Below are positions 25,677 to 38,711 of a DNA stretch of 64,000 nt, piece by piece. The DNA lies in NCBI RefSeq assembly GCF_026210795.1, contig NC_089429.1, forward strand, positions 6,014,001 through 6,078,000, given 5' to 3'. The stretch is from Rhizophagus irregularis (lineage: Eukaryota). The translations under genes were made by a program, and so were the position numbers. Below the pieces are notes generated by a model. That model ran no database searches and was not told where the DNA came from. It saw nothing but the letters and a program-made list of their open reading frames with translations. The stretch's first letter is position 1, and each line of letters begins with the position of its first letter.

Positions 25677-27479
25677 AAAAAAGAATTACAACTAAGTATT
25701 GAAAGTCTCCTTATTTATCTTTATAATGGTAATTATTTAATTATTTTAATTTAGAATTATAATATTTAAATATTATTTGATTTATTTATATTAATATATT
25801 TGTTTTAATAAGCAAAATGATGATAGTTATTTGATTAAACTATTACTCCCAATTTTACGATTCCGAGTGGTGAGACACTATTACATTTATGGCGTGCGAG
25901 TAACGCGAGAGAATTCTGGAGACGCAGCAGGAACACTTCATATCAACACATTAACCAGAAAGTATCCTGATTTTACTGCAGAAGAGTTTATGATTTATTG
26001 GGAAGCATATGGATGATCTCAGCGAAGTCAAAATCTGGAGAAAATAAAGTGTGCATTATGTGGATAATATTCACAATAGGCTTTTACTTATGAAGTGGTA
26101 TATTATAATTGAGAAAAAACCTGTGTGACAAGATATGTTATTATATTTAGTGAATTATATTGATCTATATTAATAATTTTCAACCATTCAGAGGATTTTT
26201 GGTTACAGGGACGTTAAATTCCTTATTGATGAAGTTGGGATCAAGAGCGTTTGGTGTGTAACGAGGATTATTATGTGGTGTAATGTTTTTCTTTTATCTT
26301 GACAGAAAAATAACATCGGAGATTATTTAATATTTCACTTAGACTTTCAGTATATTCTTTAGCGGACCTCTCTTGATTCTTTTACGTGTAGTTGTTAGAC
26401 CAGAGGTTAAATGAGTTGAAGAGGTAGCACTTATAACTTTAGTAACTGGTTCATTGGAAAAATTACAATTAAATTCGCTGGTGGTTTGTGAATTAGCAGA
26501 ATATATTAGTATAATTCAATCTATTGATTTGTTGGGTAATCGGATAATGATGAGGCTTCGATGGCAAACAAAATTTAGCAATAATGATGAATCTCAATAA
26601 TAATCTGGCATGCTTCAAATCGCGCAAAAATTTATTTCAAATGATCAAATACAATAAAGTTTGTATGTGGGTTGTATTAAATAGGAATTAATTAATCATT
26701 CTAATAACCGGTGATAATGGTAGGTATTTATTTGGCTTTTATTTTGTAATTATCATATTATAAGAATGTTATACTAATTATTATTTAAATTTAAGAGCGT
26801 ACCTTGATTAATGGGTTCAGCATGAAGTACGTACAATAATGCTATCATCCGTCTCAAATAATATATTAGCAGATCCACCATCACTCTTATAATTGCCATA
26901 TAATCATAAACCATGGAAAATGCTAAATCCTTCTTTAAAAGAAGGATGTTATCAAGTTTCTAAAAGCTTCTCCATAAACAAATAAACCAAAATGACCGGA
27001 AATATCTGAACAACTCGAACCATTAAATTCAGAAGGAGTGGAAGGCATATTCTTTCAACCTCTTGAACGAAAATTCAAAACTCTTGGAACTTATCCAAAT
27101 CATTAGGAAGCTTTTAATATTATCCAACCAAATAGAGAAAGTTATTTATTGTGATTTTACAAAAACGAAAGTTCACAACAATGATTTGTTACTAGTGAGA
27201 AAAGAAAGCAGAAAAGAATATGGTTATTGCTCAATCTGAAAAGAACAAATGGAAGTTAGACCGTCCGCCGAAACGTCAGAATGTGTTTATTTTATAGGAA
27301 GCCGGTCTCGAATTTAAAAGTGAACTCTTGGGTAGAGCGCATCCACCTTGAAGAGCTAGAATTAGGATAAAAAAAGCTAGAGATATTGTCATGGAGGAAC
27401 ACATTTGGGACAAGCTATATTTGGTGCCATTCCGAATTTACCTTCATACATTGAAATTATTATGTAATTTTGATATCAC

Positions 27480-27823
27480 AAATTTCGATACCAAGAGAAA
27501 AAACAGCAACATCAAAGTAACATTAAATTGAATTTTTTTCAGAATTATTATTGTTATGAAATAAAATAGCAGCTTGTATTACAGCACCATAAGCAGCTGC
27601 TTCATCAGAATTATAGATTTATTTAATTCTTTGCCGTTAAAGAATTCAGATATCTACCAACTAAAATGATTTCGTGGACTTGTTTGTAGATTTTACCATC
27701 TTGAAAATAAATCTTGATTCGATTCTTCAAATTTGGCACTTGTCAAAGCAGGATAGAAGTCAATATCTTCAAAAGAGAATCAATTCCAATGATGCGTTTT
27801 GCACGTTCGCATTGTTCCTTCGA
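27480..27823 (-). pseudogene. hsp70: HSP70 internal fragment (ATPase-domain end)
   Basis: Minus-strand CERAKRI, IDSL/EDIDFY..LTSAKFEE, QVHEIIL, SEFFNGKELNK, DEAAAYGAVIQAAIL; frameshifts and internal deletions. Confidence 0.88.
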
Positions 27824-29490
27824 GCACAATTATCGAGGCAATGAACACCTCCAACAATTCGGAATAAGTATCAATATGGCTGTGGTAGGTTTGGAATATG
27901 ATTTTTGCATCATAGGAATAAACTACACTTTGATTATTGTTATACCTTCAATAACGCGAATTTAATATTACAGGTGGACGCAGGATTTTTCCCACTCCAA
28001 CAATTAATTCAGTACTATCAATCATCAAAGGAGCATCAGTTCCAGCCAAAAGATGGTGTATGAAGTTTACGAGTTGCCACTTTTGGTTCACGGTCAGTTT
28101 TTGGACTTTTTAAATGATGAAGATTTACCTGACCATACTATTAATACATTCATGAAAGAATTTGTTAATACATGTCAATATACTGGTAAGTTGATAATAT
28201 AAACCTATTTTTTATGAATCATCCAAGCTTCTAATATTATTTTATCATCAATCTTCAACAGAATATCCCAATAAGAAACCTCCCATATTACGTGCAAATT
28301 CCTATAGGAAAAATGTTGAGGAACCATTAAAATAGCTGCTGGTAATATAGCAAAAAGCTATACCTCAGCTTATTTTTTGTGTTCTTCCAAGATTTATATG
28401 CTAAAATTAAGCGTGTTGGTGATACAATTATTGGTGTTGCAACACAGTGTAAAGTGAACATATGGATAAACCAAAAAAAAACAATGTTGTGCTAATGTCT
28501 GCCTAAAGATGAACGTCAAACTTGAATGAATGAATTCATCCTCATTCCTGATCATCTTCCGTTTGTAATAGAAGAGCCTACTATTTTGATAGCGCAGACA
28601 TATCACATTCTGATCCCGGTAAACTATTTTTTTTTTCACATGAATTTATTTTTACATAGATTAATAATTATCTTTAATATATTATTTTTGCATTTCTTCA
28701 GGCGGCAGCAATCATCCGTCTTCTGTTGCTCTTTGAGCTCTAGAGCATCACGTTATGCAGCGTTAGAGTTCAAATCAGGCGTTACGGAATAATATTGGAT
28801 TTGACAATATAGTTAAAGAATTGTTGAAAACATTTTATCAGACTTGTGGGAGAAAGCATAGAAGAATATTTTACCGAGATGGTAGGTATTTATTCTATAT
28901 TATTCTTAGATTTATTTATTCGTGCATTTCGTTAATTTTAATTACGACGAATCTAATGAGAATTAATTTGTTTTTACTATAGCCGCGTGTTAAGTTCTTG
29001 ATGCTAAGTATAGACCTACTATCCCATTTTTGTGGTACAGAAGAGGGTTTTTTCCAATAAAAAGAGAAAATACTGGTAGGTCGGTGCAAGTAATTAAATT
29101 TACATTGATATAAATTTGTAGCATTTTTTAATGACTTAAATCCTTAGATTTATTAAGTCATAAGTCATGCTGGACTACTGGGGACATCTCGACCAACCCA
29201 TAATCACGTTTTATATGACGAAAACGCAAATATGTAAGTTAATTTGATATGATTGAATAATATGATTAATATACTGTACATAACTAATATATAACGTTAT
29301 TTATAATCTCTGTTATATATATGCACGTTGCGCACGTACGATATCTTTGGTAAGATTTTAAACTGCATTTGTTATCACTACATTCCGTAAATGATAATAA
29401 TTGTATTATGTTTAAATAGGCGCCTCCGCTCACTTAATTACCACTAGAACAAAACTCAACTTCACACACGCAGCGAGCCAGGTGGTGCAA

Positions 29491-29499
29491 GTGAGTGAG

Positions 29500-29530
<31 letters not shown>

Positions 29531-29542
29531 GAGTGAGTGAGT
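29491..29542. repeat. Compound microsatellite (GAGT)n(GTCT)n(GAGT)n
   Basis: Directly visible. Confidence 0.9.
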
Positions 29543-29885
29543 GTATGAAATCTATTTGCGGAATTTGCGAAGCGTAACTTACTTTTGATTCCCGCAAATT
29601 GCATGTGATTCAAATCTGCGCATTGCACAACCTTAATTTTTAAAAAATTCCGCAATTTTTGCGCAAATTGCGCTATATCAGATATTCATTTGATTTTGAG
29701 GCGGCATATAATTATTGGGCGCAATTACCCTATGCATTAAATTAGATACTTATTTTGACGTGGGATTGGGATTTTGGAATTGGGATATTAGGTATTTGGG
29801 TTATGTATGCGCAAATCAGGATTTATTTTGCGCAGATTGCACGTGATTTTTATTGCGCATTGCGCTTGACTTGAATTTCATACAC
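29541..29885. mobile_element. MITE-like insertion in the Argonaute 3' region
   Basis: Inverted ends gtgtatgaaat / atttcatacac; internal ttgcg/cgcaa motifs; Argonaute-like sequence resumes afterwards. Confidence 0.6.
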
Positions 29886-31139
29886 CAACCTTCGGCAGGA
29901 GCCACAAAGGGTGACTTATAATTAAATAAAGATATTTCAAATTATTTTTAACTATCTCATTTTCTAAAATAAACTCCCTTTTTAGGTTATGTATTTTGCG
30001 TAGCAACTTCACATAAGTGAATAGGAACAACAAGAATATTTTCAATAAATTTCTTCTATATTTTTATTGAAAAAAACTTATTATTTGGCACAATGTGGTG
30101 ACAATAGTTATTTGTCATTATTAGTAATAAAAAAAATTATTATATTATTTCGAACAAGAAATACAAGCTACTTGGTATCCCATGATTTACATATATTATG
30201 ATCAGTAAGTTTAATTCTTTTTCCCACACGACTCTTTTTCTTTCTTATTTCTTATTTTTTATTTTTCCTTTCCTATAGTTGTGTCCGAACTCCGAAGACC
30301 TTTTCATTTCATCCTTTCCTATCTTTTATTTACCACGTTTCAACAATTTCACTGTTCATGAAGAATTAGGTAAGCTTTGAGTTTGGTAGGATTAGGGTAA
30401 GGCCGTAGAATAAGAATAAACATAGAATTATGGTTAAGATAAGGGAAGTCTGCTAGGAGTTAAATGTAGGATTAGGGTTAGGATGACTTATTAATGCAGT
30501 TATTTTTTCTTTTTTTTTAGAAATTTAGAAATAAATGATCCTATGTCACTTGTATAATATGAAAATATAATTTTACTTCAACTGGAATATGATTCAGGTG
30601 ATGATATATCTTTTGAAAATGAGCAGGACAGTTTATTGGCATTTTGATGAACCAACTTTTTATGTTGATCAAAATATTTTTAATGATTGGGAAACAATGC
30701 AGCTGATTACTAATGACATCATTTCGTCATTTAGATAATTTCCTTAATTATGTAACTTTATTATGAATAAATCAATAAAATACATTAATATATATGTTAA
30801 GTTTTATAACTCTATTATACTTTATATTATTTTATTTGTAAAAGTCGGTCATTTCATGTCATTTCATATGCAAAATAAATAAATTTTTAATAAAAAGGTT
30901 GTTACACAAAATCAGTCACAACGACCGTGAACAAAGTTTTCAAGACATATTATAAAAAACTTTCATAATCTTGCAGAAGATAGACCAATACAATAGTTAA
31001 TAAAAGAAATAACATAATAATACTCTAACGAGCGAATATTTTAACAAACTTGATAACACTAGGTCACGATAGTTAACGTGGCTCGATTTGTCCTTGATTT
31101 GTTGAATCGCATTTCTAAGTTATAAAAACGATTTATTTA

Positions 31140-31400
31140 TCGTAATCGAAAAAAACCGCAGTCAAAAAAGTTTATCATGTGGCAATTGTGGCATGACCGC
31201 ATGAGTGCGTCTAAACATAATAATTTAATACATTATAATGTTACATTATAATGTTACATACTCTAAAATAAAATTGGAAACAATGATGAAAATCTATGAA
31301 ATTTCTTAATTTGTCAACTCAATATTCAAAATCGGATATTTAACCCTTTACTGTTTCAAACATAAACATATTTCTTTAAAAGGGATTAAAGAAAATTTTT
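31140..31400. repeat. Dispersed repeat; inverted copy at ~42855-43160
   Basis: atgagtgcgtcta, ggaaacaatgatgaaaa.ctatgaaatt, ttgtcaact, tcggatatt and tttactgtttcaaacata all occur in reverse complement, in order, at ~42.9-43.15 kb. Confidence 0.75.
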
Positions 31401-31663
31401 TTAAAAAAAGTTTAATTAGAATTTTATCAATTATTAAGCGCAATACGTTTCAAATTAATGTTTTTAAAAAGTAGTTTTTATTAAATTTATTTCTCTTATC
31501 AATTATTAATAAAATTAATTTGTTTGAACTAGGAAATAATTACTTACTGCTTCAGCTATTTCATTTGTTAGAGGGAAAAATTATTTTTATTAAACTTTTA
31601 CGTTATTTATTAGAATATTCGTACATTTCTTCTAAAAAAATTTGACTTTGAAATATTGTTTAT

Positions 31664-33209
31664 TTATACGATGTGTGGATGCGTTGGCTCAATTGATTCT
31701 CTTATTACTAATTTTCTCCCGTCTTGAAATTCTGGAGGAGGTGGCTCGTATTGAACTATTTAAAGAGTTGATTAATTATTAGTATTGAAGAGAAAAAATG
31801 AATAATGAGAATGAAGAATAAAATTTACATACTATAAAATGCCATATGTCTATTGAAATTTTTATGACACCTAATGGTGTTCCATGTTGATAGCGCTAAA
31901 ACAACCCAGCATAAACATGCTATTATATATATATATTTTTTTAAAAAAAGAATTATTAGTATAACTTTTATATTAATTTACAAATTTGAAACAACAAATT
32001 ATGTGAAATTACCATATGAAAGAAACATATTAAGTTGCATAGAATATTGATAGCATTTTAACTCGGAATCTAAATTTGCCAATATACCATATTGTTTACA
32101 GTAACTAGACAAATCAAAATATAATAATAAGGCTTGAATAATGTTTCCGATGTAAACAATAAACATTAAGTAGTGCTTCTCATCCCTCACCTAAATATAT
32201 TTGGTATATGTATAAATGCAAATTTGTTTAGTATAATTACATTATATTACAGAACAAAAAGAAAATAATGTACTTACACCTTTGAGCATAAAAAACGAGT
32301 AATAAAGAAATATTACGTTGATTGGCACTTGATAATTGAAAAATAATCTTCGAATACTAATTCGTCTTTTTGCTAGTGCCATTATGTCTATACCAATTAT
32401 TCCTATTAAATAAGCAGTTATCCATAGCCCAATTATCATTATCTGCGCATGGAACAGTGGGAATTGAACTTCATAGATCGCATGCATTTCTAAGCAAAAG
32501 AAAAAGAAGAACTTAGAAACTAAACATATATATATGCTGAATAAACGGATTATTTACCTTTAATTTCATCATGTCTGGAATGTTTAAATTCATATACTAA
32601 AGGCCATACACTAAAATAAGAAAAAAATAAATAATAAAATTTTAAAATTATTATTATTATTTTTTTAGTTACATAATTAAAAGATGTTATCATTTACCTT
32701 TTCTTCCATAATAAATACACATATAATGTATATAGCGATTGAAATATAACTACAAGTGCAATTAAAAAACCCACACCTGCATAAAAGATTGGACTATTTG
32801 CGTTACATGTGATAGTATTGTCTTTACAATTAAAATATTGAGTGTAAAAATAAGCTATTCCTCCAAAGATAGGAAACGAATGTACACCAAGGAATGCTAA
32901 TCCGTGGTAAACGGTCTTACCATAGAACTACAAATAATAAAATAAATTAATAACTAGTATTAAATATATTAAACAATCTTCAAATAAACATTATACTACC
33001 ATAATCATTCCTGATAATACAGGAAAAAATAATATTGGAAATTGTATTAAATTAACTTCGAAATCTCCTGTTAAGATTAAAGTGCCAATGAACAGTAAAC
33101 AATATGTGACCATATCTATAATATATGTATACAAGAAAAACTTTTCTACCCGCTTTAATTCTCTATGAAATTTACGAAGTATTTTATAAAGAACAACTAG
33201 TGAATTCAT
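31664..33209 (-). CDS. 7-exon multi-pass membrane protein of unknown function
   Basis: Track ORFs 32991-33209, 32242-32487 and 31999-32190 join with four smaller exons through GT-AG introns into one open, hydrophobic frame ending ..TIRCHKNFNRHMAFYIQYEPPPPEFQDGRKLVIRESIEPTHPHIV*. Confidence 0.78.
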
Positions 33210-34120
33210 TTTTAGGAGCTGATGGAAAAAAAAGAAGATAAAAAGGAGATAAAAATTGTTAAGAAGATAACAAGGAGATGAAAATTATTAAGATAACGAA
33301 GTGATGAAAATTATTAAGAAAATAACGAGTTGAATATTATTGAGATGACGAGGAGATTAAATTTTTTATCATGGGGATATATATATATTTTAAATACAAG
33401 GAAAATATTCTTGTTTTAAGCTGTCGTTCATGGTGAAACGCACTTTGTATTTAGTGTATTATATTTACAAAGATTCTAAACCATGATGATCATTCGAATT
33501 AAAACACCACAAAACAAAAAGACTTGCTGTAAATTTAATTTCTCTTTATGAAAAAATAGATTCAAATTAAAAATCACAACATCGCAAGTTAGAAATTGTC
33601 GATAACATTATAACGCTAAGGTTCTTCCATAAGTTCTCATGAAAATAGAGCTTCTGCAAATATCACGTCTTTATGATAGAGTCAAAACATTTTTTTAAAA
33701 AAAATTTCAATAGTTACGCATGATTTAGGGAAATTTTGTAAAATTTCCCCGGTGCTACCATAAATAACAATTTATGAATTATATGCATAGTTTGACCTTT
33801 TTCTTTGTTGATTTTTAACTTTGTTGACTAAATATAATAATTTAATGCATGAAAAATATTTAAATAAAGAATTTTTGTTTTGAAATGATAACCAATAATT
33901 TATTTATGTTACAAAAATCGACATGATTATTTAGTCCTTCGTTACACTTCGGACTATTATTATGAAAGGTGATGCAAAAGTTACGCTATTGATACATTGA
34001 GATATTACACAATTCTCTCATTTACTGTTTTACATTCATGTGAAAAAGGATTAAAAAAATTAAAAAAGTTAATTGGTTATTCAAATTAATTTTAAACTTT
34101 GATTTCCCTTTATCAAATTA

Positions 34121-35126
34121 CCGGATGGCAAAAAACGTTTTAAAACAATTTTGGCGTTTTAAAACATGTTTTAAACGTGTTTTAAAACATTAAGCACTTT
34201 ACTAGCCTTTATTACGTAATACATATTTGCAATAAAAATTTAAGCACTTTATTATATAATATATATTTAGAGTATAGCCGGACCGACCTTGTTGGGAATT
34301 TTATTTGTAATAGCTTAGTGATACTAGTGATCCTCTACGTTAAATAAAATGTGCGCTAACTCTTAAAAAAAAAAAAATTATATAATATTTATTAATTTTA
34401 AATCTTCTAATCGATCAATTAAATCAAAACTAATGTCATTTCCACAATAATTACACACATTTGACGAGGTGTTTTTCGCAGCTTTTCCAAAGTGCTTACA
34501 GACGTCTTCTGATGATGGTCTTCCACGAGAATAATTTTAAAAAAAGGTTGCTTAAACATACTACAAAAAAGGTCATTAAAAAATAATTACGCAATAATCA
34601 TGCAGATCAGCACCCCTTTTTTGGTGCCAGGTTCGTGGCGCAGAAAATTTTTAAAAAACATCATTAAGGATTTTTTTCTTTGACATAAAGTTTTTAAACT
34701 TATATTGTAGATGTAATTTCACCCGCGCTGCAAGTTTAATTAGGATTCGGAAGAAGGTTATGAATGCCGATTTTGACTTTACATATAAATGATTGATTCT
34801 ACCGTCTTTGTCGATCGTTTCCAAAAATGGATTTCGGGAAAGAAAAATTTTTGTTAAATAAGTCAATAATGATATTTAAAATCGCCTTTGTCGTTCTAAG
34901 TAAACTGCAGCCAAAATTACAACTATCTAGTAATTTTTGAAGTTATATGTTATTAAAAAAAATTTTCTTTCGTTGCACCACAATCTGCTGGCTGCGCCAC
35001 GAACCTGGCACACAAAAAAGGGATGCTGCAGATCAATGTTTTAAAACAAAAAAAAAGTTTTAAAACAATAGAAAACTGATTTAAATTGTTTTAAAACATC
35101 TTGTTTTAAATTACGTGCCATCCCTA
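34121..35126 (-). mobile_element. hAT-like deletion derivative with BED zinc-finger remnant
   Basis: Imperfect ends ggatggca..ttaaaacaa / ttgttttaaa..tgccatcc with repeated ttttaaaac subterminal motifs; minus-strand GRPSSEDVCKHF..SNVCNYCG at ~34441-34525. Confidence 0.65.
34608..35028. mobile_element. Nested MITE with ~36-bp TIRs and 5-bp TSD
   Basis: cagcaccccttttttggtgccaggttcgtggcgcag / ctgcgccacgaacctggcacacaaaaaagggatgctg, flanked by CAGAT on both sides. Confidence 0.8.
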
Positions 35127-35923
35127 CCTGAATCCGTTATTAAGTCCGAAGTGCTATTTAAAGTTTTTCTGTTGCCCAGTGTCACGTGCGAAGCAAAAAT
35201 AGTTACTGTTACTATCGATTGTACACTATCTGACTATTCGTCAGGTAGTAACAGAAATAAAATATAATTTACAAAATTCGGCAATAAATCGTAAGAAATC
35301 GGTATCAATTCTATAGGCAAGTATAGGACAAAATTCAATAAAGATATGTAAAGATATGTAAATAAAATGGCTAACAATCAATAAATGATCATCACAAATT
35401 AATCATTAAATAAAATATTCGTGTTTTATTAATAAATCGGAAATTAATAAACTGTATATAATTAAACAATAATAAACGATAAATGATTAGAAATCGGAAA
35501 GAAATTGTGTATCTTTATTAAACAATTAGCAACAATCAACAAGGAATCGACCATATTACTGCTTCACTCGGCGCTCTGTAATATTCGTTATTCCTTTACA
35601 AGGGGTTTTCTTATACTAATAATCGTTAACAATTTCTTACTCTTCCAAAAATCGGTCATCCCTCTTTCCTTTAAATATCTTCCAAAATTTGGTACATTTT
35701 CATCTATAGTTCAACTTGTCCTTTGGCCAAATAATCCGCAGTACAAATCGTCCTTTGTACAAAGTACTACTAAGATCATCATCCAGCCACTTATTATCTA
35801 ATCTTCCAATTTCCGTTGTTTTTCACAATATATATAATAAAACTATATACTAATAAAAATAAAATATACTAATAAAATATAAAAAATAATTTTCGTAACA
35901 GTACCTATGATTCTTGATATACA

Positions 35924-35955
35924 TACACTACTTGGACAAAAGTAGCGGACACCTA
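35924..35955. mobile_element. Solo Tc1/mariner-like terminal repeat
   Basis: TA followed by cactacttggacaaaagtagcggacacct resembles Tc1-type ends; no partner end found. Confidence 0.35.
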
Positions 35956-37011
35956 ATTTTGCTCAATTGCTCAAAAACATACATATTAATATTACTCAAA
36001 ATTTTAATATGTGATAAAATGAACACTAAAAACACATTTAAAATTTTATATCACTAGCTTTCATATAACTCCATTAATTAAATAATTAAAAAAGTAATTT
36101 TTTTTTTGTAAATGGTTAAATTAAAAAATGAGAAATACAATTGACGTCAGTATTTTTTTGATTTCTAATCTTCTAGAAAAGATAAAGATATAAAAATTTA
36201 TATGCTAATTCTTTAAAGAAATAGCTTTTAAATGATATAAAATTTAACCATTTCTAATATGAGCAATTGTAAGTAAATGCGAAAATAATATAAATTTTTT
36301 GCAATTTTAGTTCAATTTTCTTTTTTTACAATTTTTTTAATAACATGTAAGCTAGCAATGAAAATTCAATACATATGCTTACGAGAATTTGTGATCACAT
36401 AGAGTTTCAGGCATTAATATTATATAAATTTAAAGTTAATGGGGTGTTATTTTATTTTTATATATCAAGAATGACGCTTTTGCCGGATAAATGATGATCA
36501 TCTACCAAACTACTGTAATGCATAAAATTAATTTTAAAGATGTTATAAATATTGTGTACTTTGCCTAATAAGATTTTCATTTGAACTTTTTAAAGTACCA
36601 AATTACTAGTTCCTGAGTCTTGACTTTCATGGCAAGTTATCTCTCAAAAACGAAAATCTCGTATTAAATGATCAGCAAGAAATTTTTCCTTTTGGAAACC
36701 GGATACTGTACACCCGTGTACAAGTACGAATATTAGTCATATTTATTTTATTGTTAAACTTTTAAGGCAAACATTAATTATAATTTTATTTTTGTAATTC
36801 ATAAAAAAGATACAGGATATAAATAGTGACTCGAATTATTAAGCAATTTGATAACAAGTAAACTAGAAAATTTTATATTACAAATAAATAGGATAAAAAT
36901 GATTTTATAACAATAAATTTGAATGAAGAACCAAATATTTGCACAATATTTTTAATCCCTAACCAAACCCGACGATAAAATTCACATATAGTATGTGAAA
37001 ATTATATTTCA

Positions 37012-37343
37012 TTACATGCCCGTACAAGAAGATTTAGTACCCACACCTTCCGGACTTTCAGTGACTCCAGCAGGACCCCGAAATATATATGTAGAGGTCA
37101 GGTTCAGAAGTGGTCCAAAATACGCATTCTTTCAGGGCCGGAATTACGATAATTTCAGCCATTATCTAAATTAGGAAATATTATTTTGGCTGAGATTATC
37201 CATAGAAGGAATGATCTACATGATTTTTTTGACTCATTATACGCAAACTTTGACCTGACCCTTTTATGTATATTTCGGGGTCCTACTCCAGCAGTTGCGA
37301 TAGATGGAATAGATAGTTTAATGATAACTTCAGTTTGATTCAT
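37012..37343 (-). pseudogene. CaaX peptide precursor copy 2 (reconstructed MNQTEVIIKLSIPSIATAGVTESPEGVGTKSSCTGM*), MITE-disrupted
   Basis: Removing 37072-37284 plus one TSD restores a 36-codon ORF colinear with 39109-39219. Confidence 0.85.
37072..37284. mobile_element. 213-bp MITE with 8-bp TSD (hAT-like)
   Basis: TIRs aggaccccgaaatata..ggtcaggt / acctgacc..tatatttcggggtcct; TSD ACTCCAGC at 37064-37071 and 37285-37292; the paralog shows the empty site. Confidence 0.92.
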
Positions 37344-37652
37344 TTTGTTTGGAAATTTAAAGAATTTAATTGATTTTAAGAGTTTGTTAATTGTTATGTA
37401 AAAAGAACTATCAAAGTTTTTTTCTTTTTTTTTGATTGAATTTAAGGCTTATTTTTTCTTTTTGTCTTTATAAGAAAATTTTTTGTTTATTTATATCTTT
37501 TTCATAGATTTAAAACTTTTGAGTTGAAAGATTTTTAATATTGTATAATATTAACAATATACAATAGATTTTTAATTTAGAAAATACTTTTACATTATGA
37601 TTCTGTGATATTTTTTAAAATTCAGTATAAAATACCATTCAACATATAGGAG

Positions 37653-37761
37653 GCAGTCAGTAGAAAAGGGGGAAATTACCACTATGATAAAACTTAGTAA
37701 GACAATGATTGTTCATTATGTGATTAGTAATGGGCAGTTTTCCCCCTTTTCTACTGACCGC
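37653..37761. mobile_element. 109-bp foldback/MITE
   Basis: gtcagtagaaaagggggaaa / tttcccccttttctactgac inverted repeat. Confidence 0.7.
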
Positions 37762-37763
37762 AA

Positions 37764-38406
37764 CAGGGCGGACATCCCCATATTATCACGATATTGCCGA
37801 TCATTTTGCCGATCACTTGTCCAATATTATCACATTAAAAAATACCGTTGAATTAGTTTTTTCACAAATTCTACATAATAATGTATAAAATTTCGATTTT
37901 TATTTACTTTATTTTATTTATTGTTAATAAATTAGTTCTTAAAATAATTCATAAAGATTTTGTCAAATATCAGACATATATTAATTTTACAATAATTGTA
38001 AACATTTATTTAATGATAACTTTTGGGTTATCAAAAATTATCCAGGTTTATTTTAGCCATTGATTCTTGAATACCTAAATAATATACTGTAAAAGTTTCA
38101 AGTTTCGCCCGAAGATCTGTGGCTTCGCCCGAAGCTTCAAAGTCACGTTAGCAGATGATCGGCATATATATAGCATATATATTAATTATTGAAAATTTGA
38201 CGTAAAATCTAACTTTGGAAACACACCTTATTTTGCCACAATACTTTTATATTAATTTATTGATAAATGAAACTATTAAATAAAATAATTTAACATAAAT
38301 TGTCAGAACATTTATTGCTTGGAATAAAGCTTCAAATTTAACGTGATATCACTTATATCATGATCGGCAAGTGATCGACATTGTGATATAATGCATGTCC
38401 GCCCTG
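37764..38406. mobile_element. Non-autonomous TIR element (CAGGGCGGACAT ends); a related end starts at 38421
   Basis: cagggcggacat / atgtccgccctg with mirrored tgccgatca / tgatcggca subterminal motifs; no clear TSD. Confidence 0.7.
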
Positions 38407-38531
38407 TTTCCGTCACGCAGCATAGCGGACATCCCTATTTTATCACAATTTTGATGATCATTTGTCGATCATTTGCTGATCATTTATTCAGTTATATCAC
38501 ATAATATAAATGCTGTTGATATACTAATTTG

Positions 38532-38711
38532 TCGAAAAAGTCAATAATTTTGGAAGTACAAGTAACTAAAGATAGCAGTCTCCTACAGTCCTACAGTACA
38601 TACAAAAGGTTCACGTAGGACCGCAGTCTTTTATGATCATGACAGCTATTTGTAAGACGGAGTGACTGCTATCTTTAGCTACTTGTACTTCCAAATTATT
38701 ACCTTTTTCGA
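38532..38711. mobile_element. 180-bp foldback/MITE
   Basis: ttggaagtacaagtaactaaagatagcagtc / gactgctatctttagctacttgtacttccaa inverted repeat. Confidence 0.75.

Larger units (their letters stand above)
27824..30003 (+). pseudogene. ago: Argonaute pseudogene (L2/MID/PIWI half, introns retained)
   Basis: Ordered motifs NYRGNEHLQQFGI, VDA.IFPTPTI, QCCANVCLKMNVKL, PTILI/ADISH, SRYAA, FYRDG, VVQKR, HAGL/GTSRPTH.HVLYDEN, LCYIYARC and terminal VMYFA* (29986-30003); frameshifts, stops and a MITE insertion. Confidence 0.9.

Noticed and set aside
27824..30003. Functional AGO-RdRP silencing cluster
   Set aside because: Both genes are truncated with multiple stops and frameshifts and lie ~29 kb apart.
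30385..30485. Telomeric TTAGGG repeats
   Set aside because: Only a few scattered, imperfect units; not an array.
37064..37290. MITE acting as a self-removing intron (introner)
   Set aside because: The obvious GT (GGA|GTAGGA) and AG (..GCTGGAG|TCACT) pair would delete one extra base and shift the frame, losing the CaaX end.
37155..37343. 62-aa track ORF as a genuine protein
   Set aside because: Only the first 20 codons are genic; the rest is read-through into the MITE.
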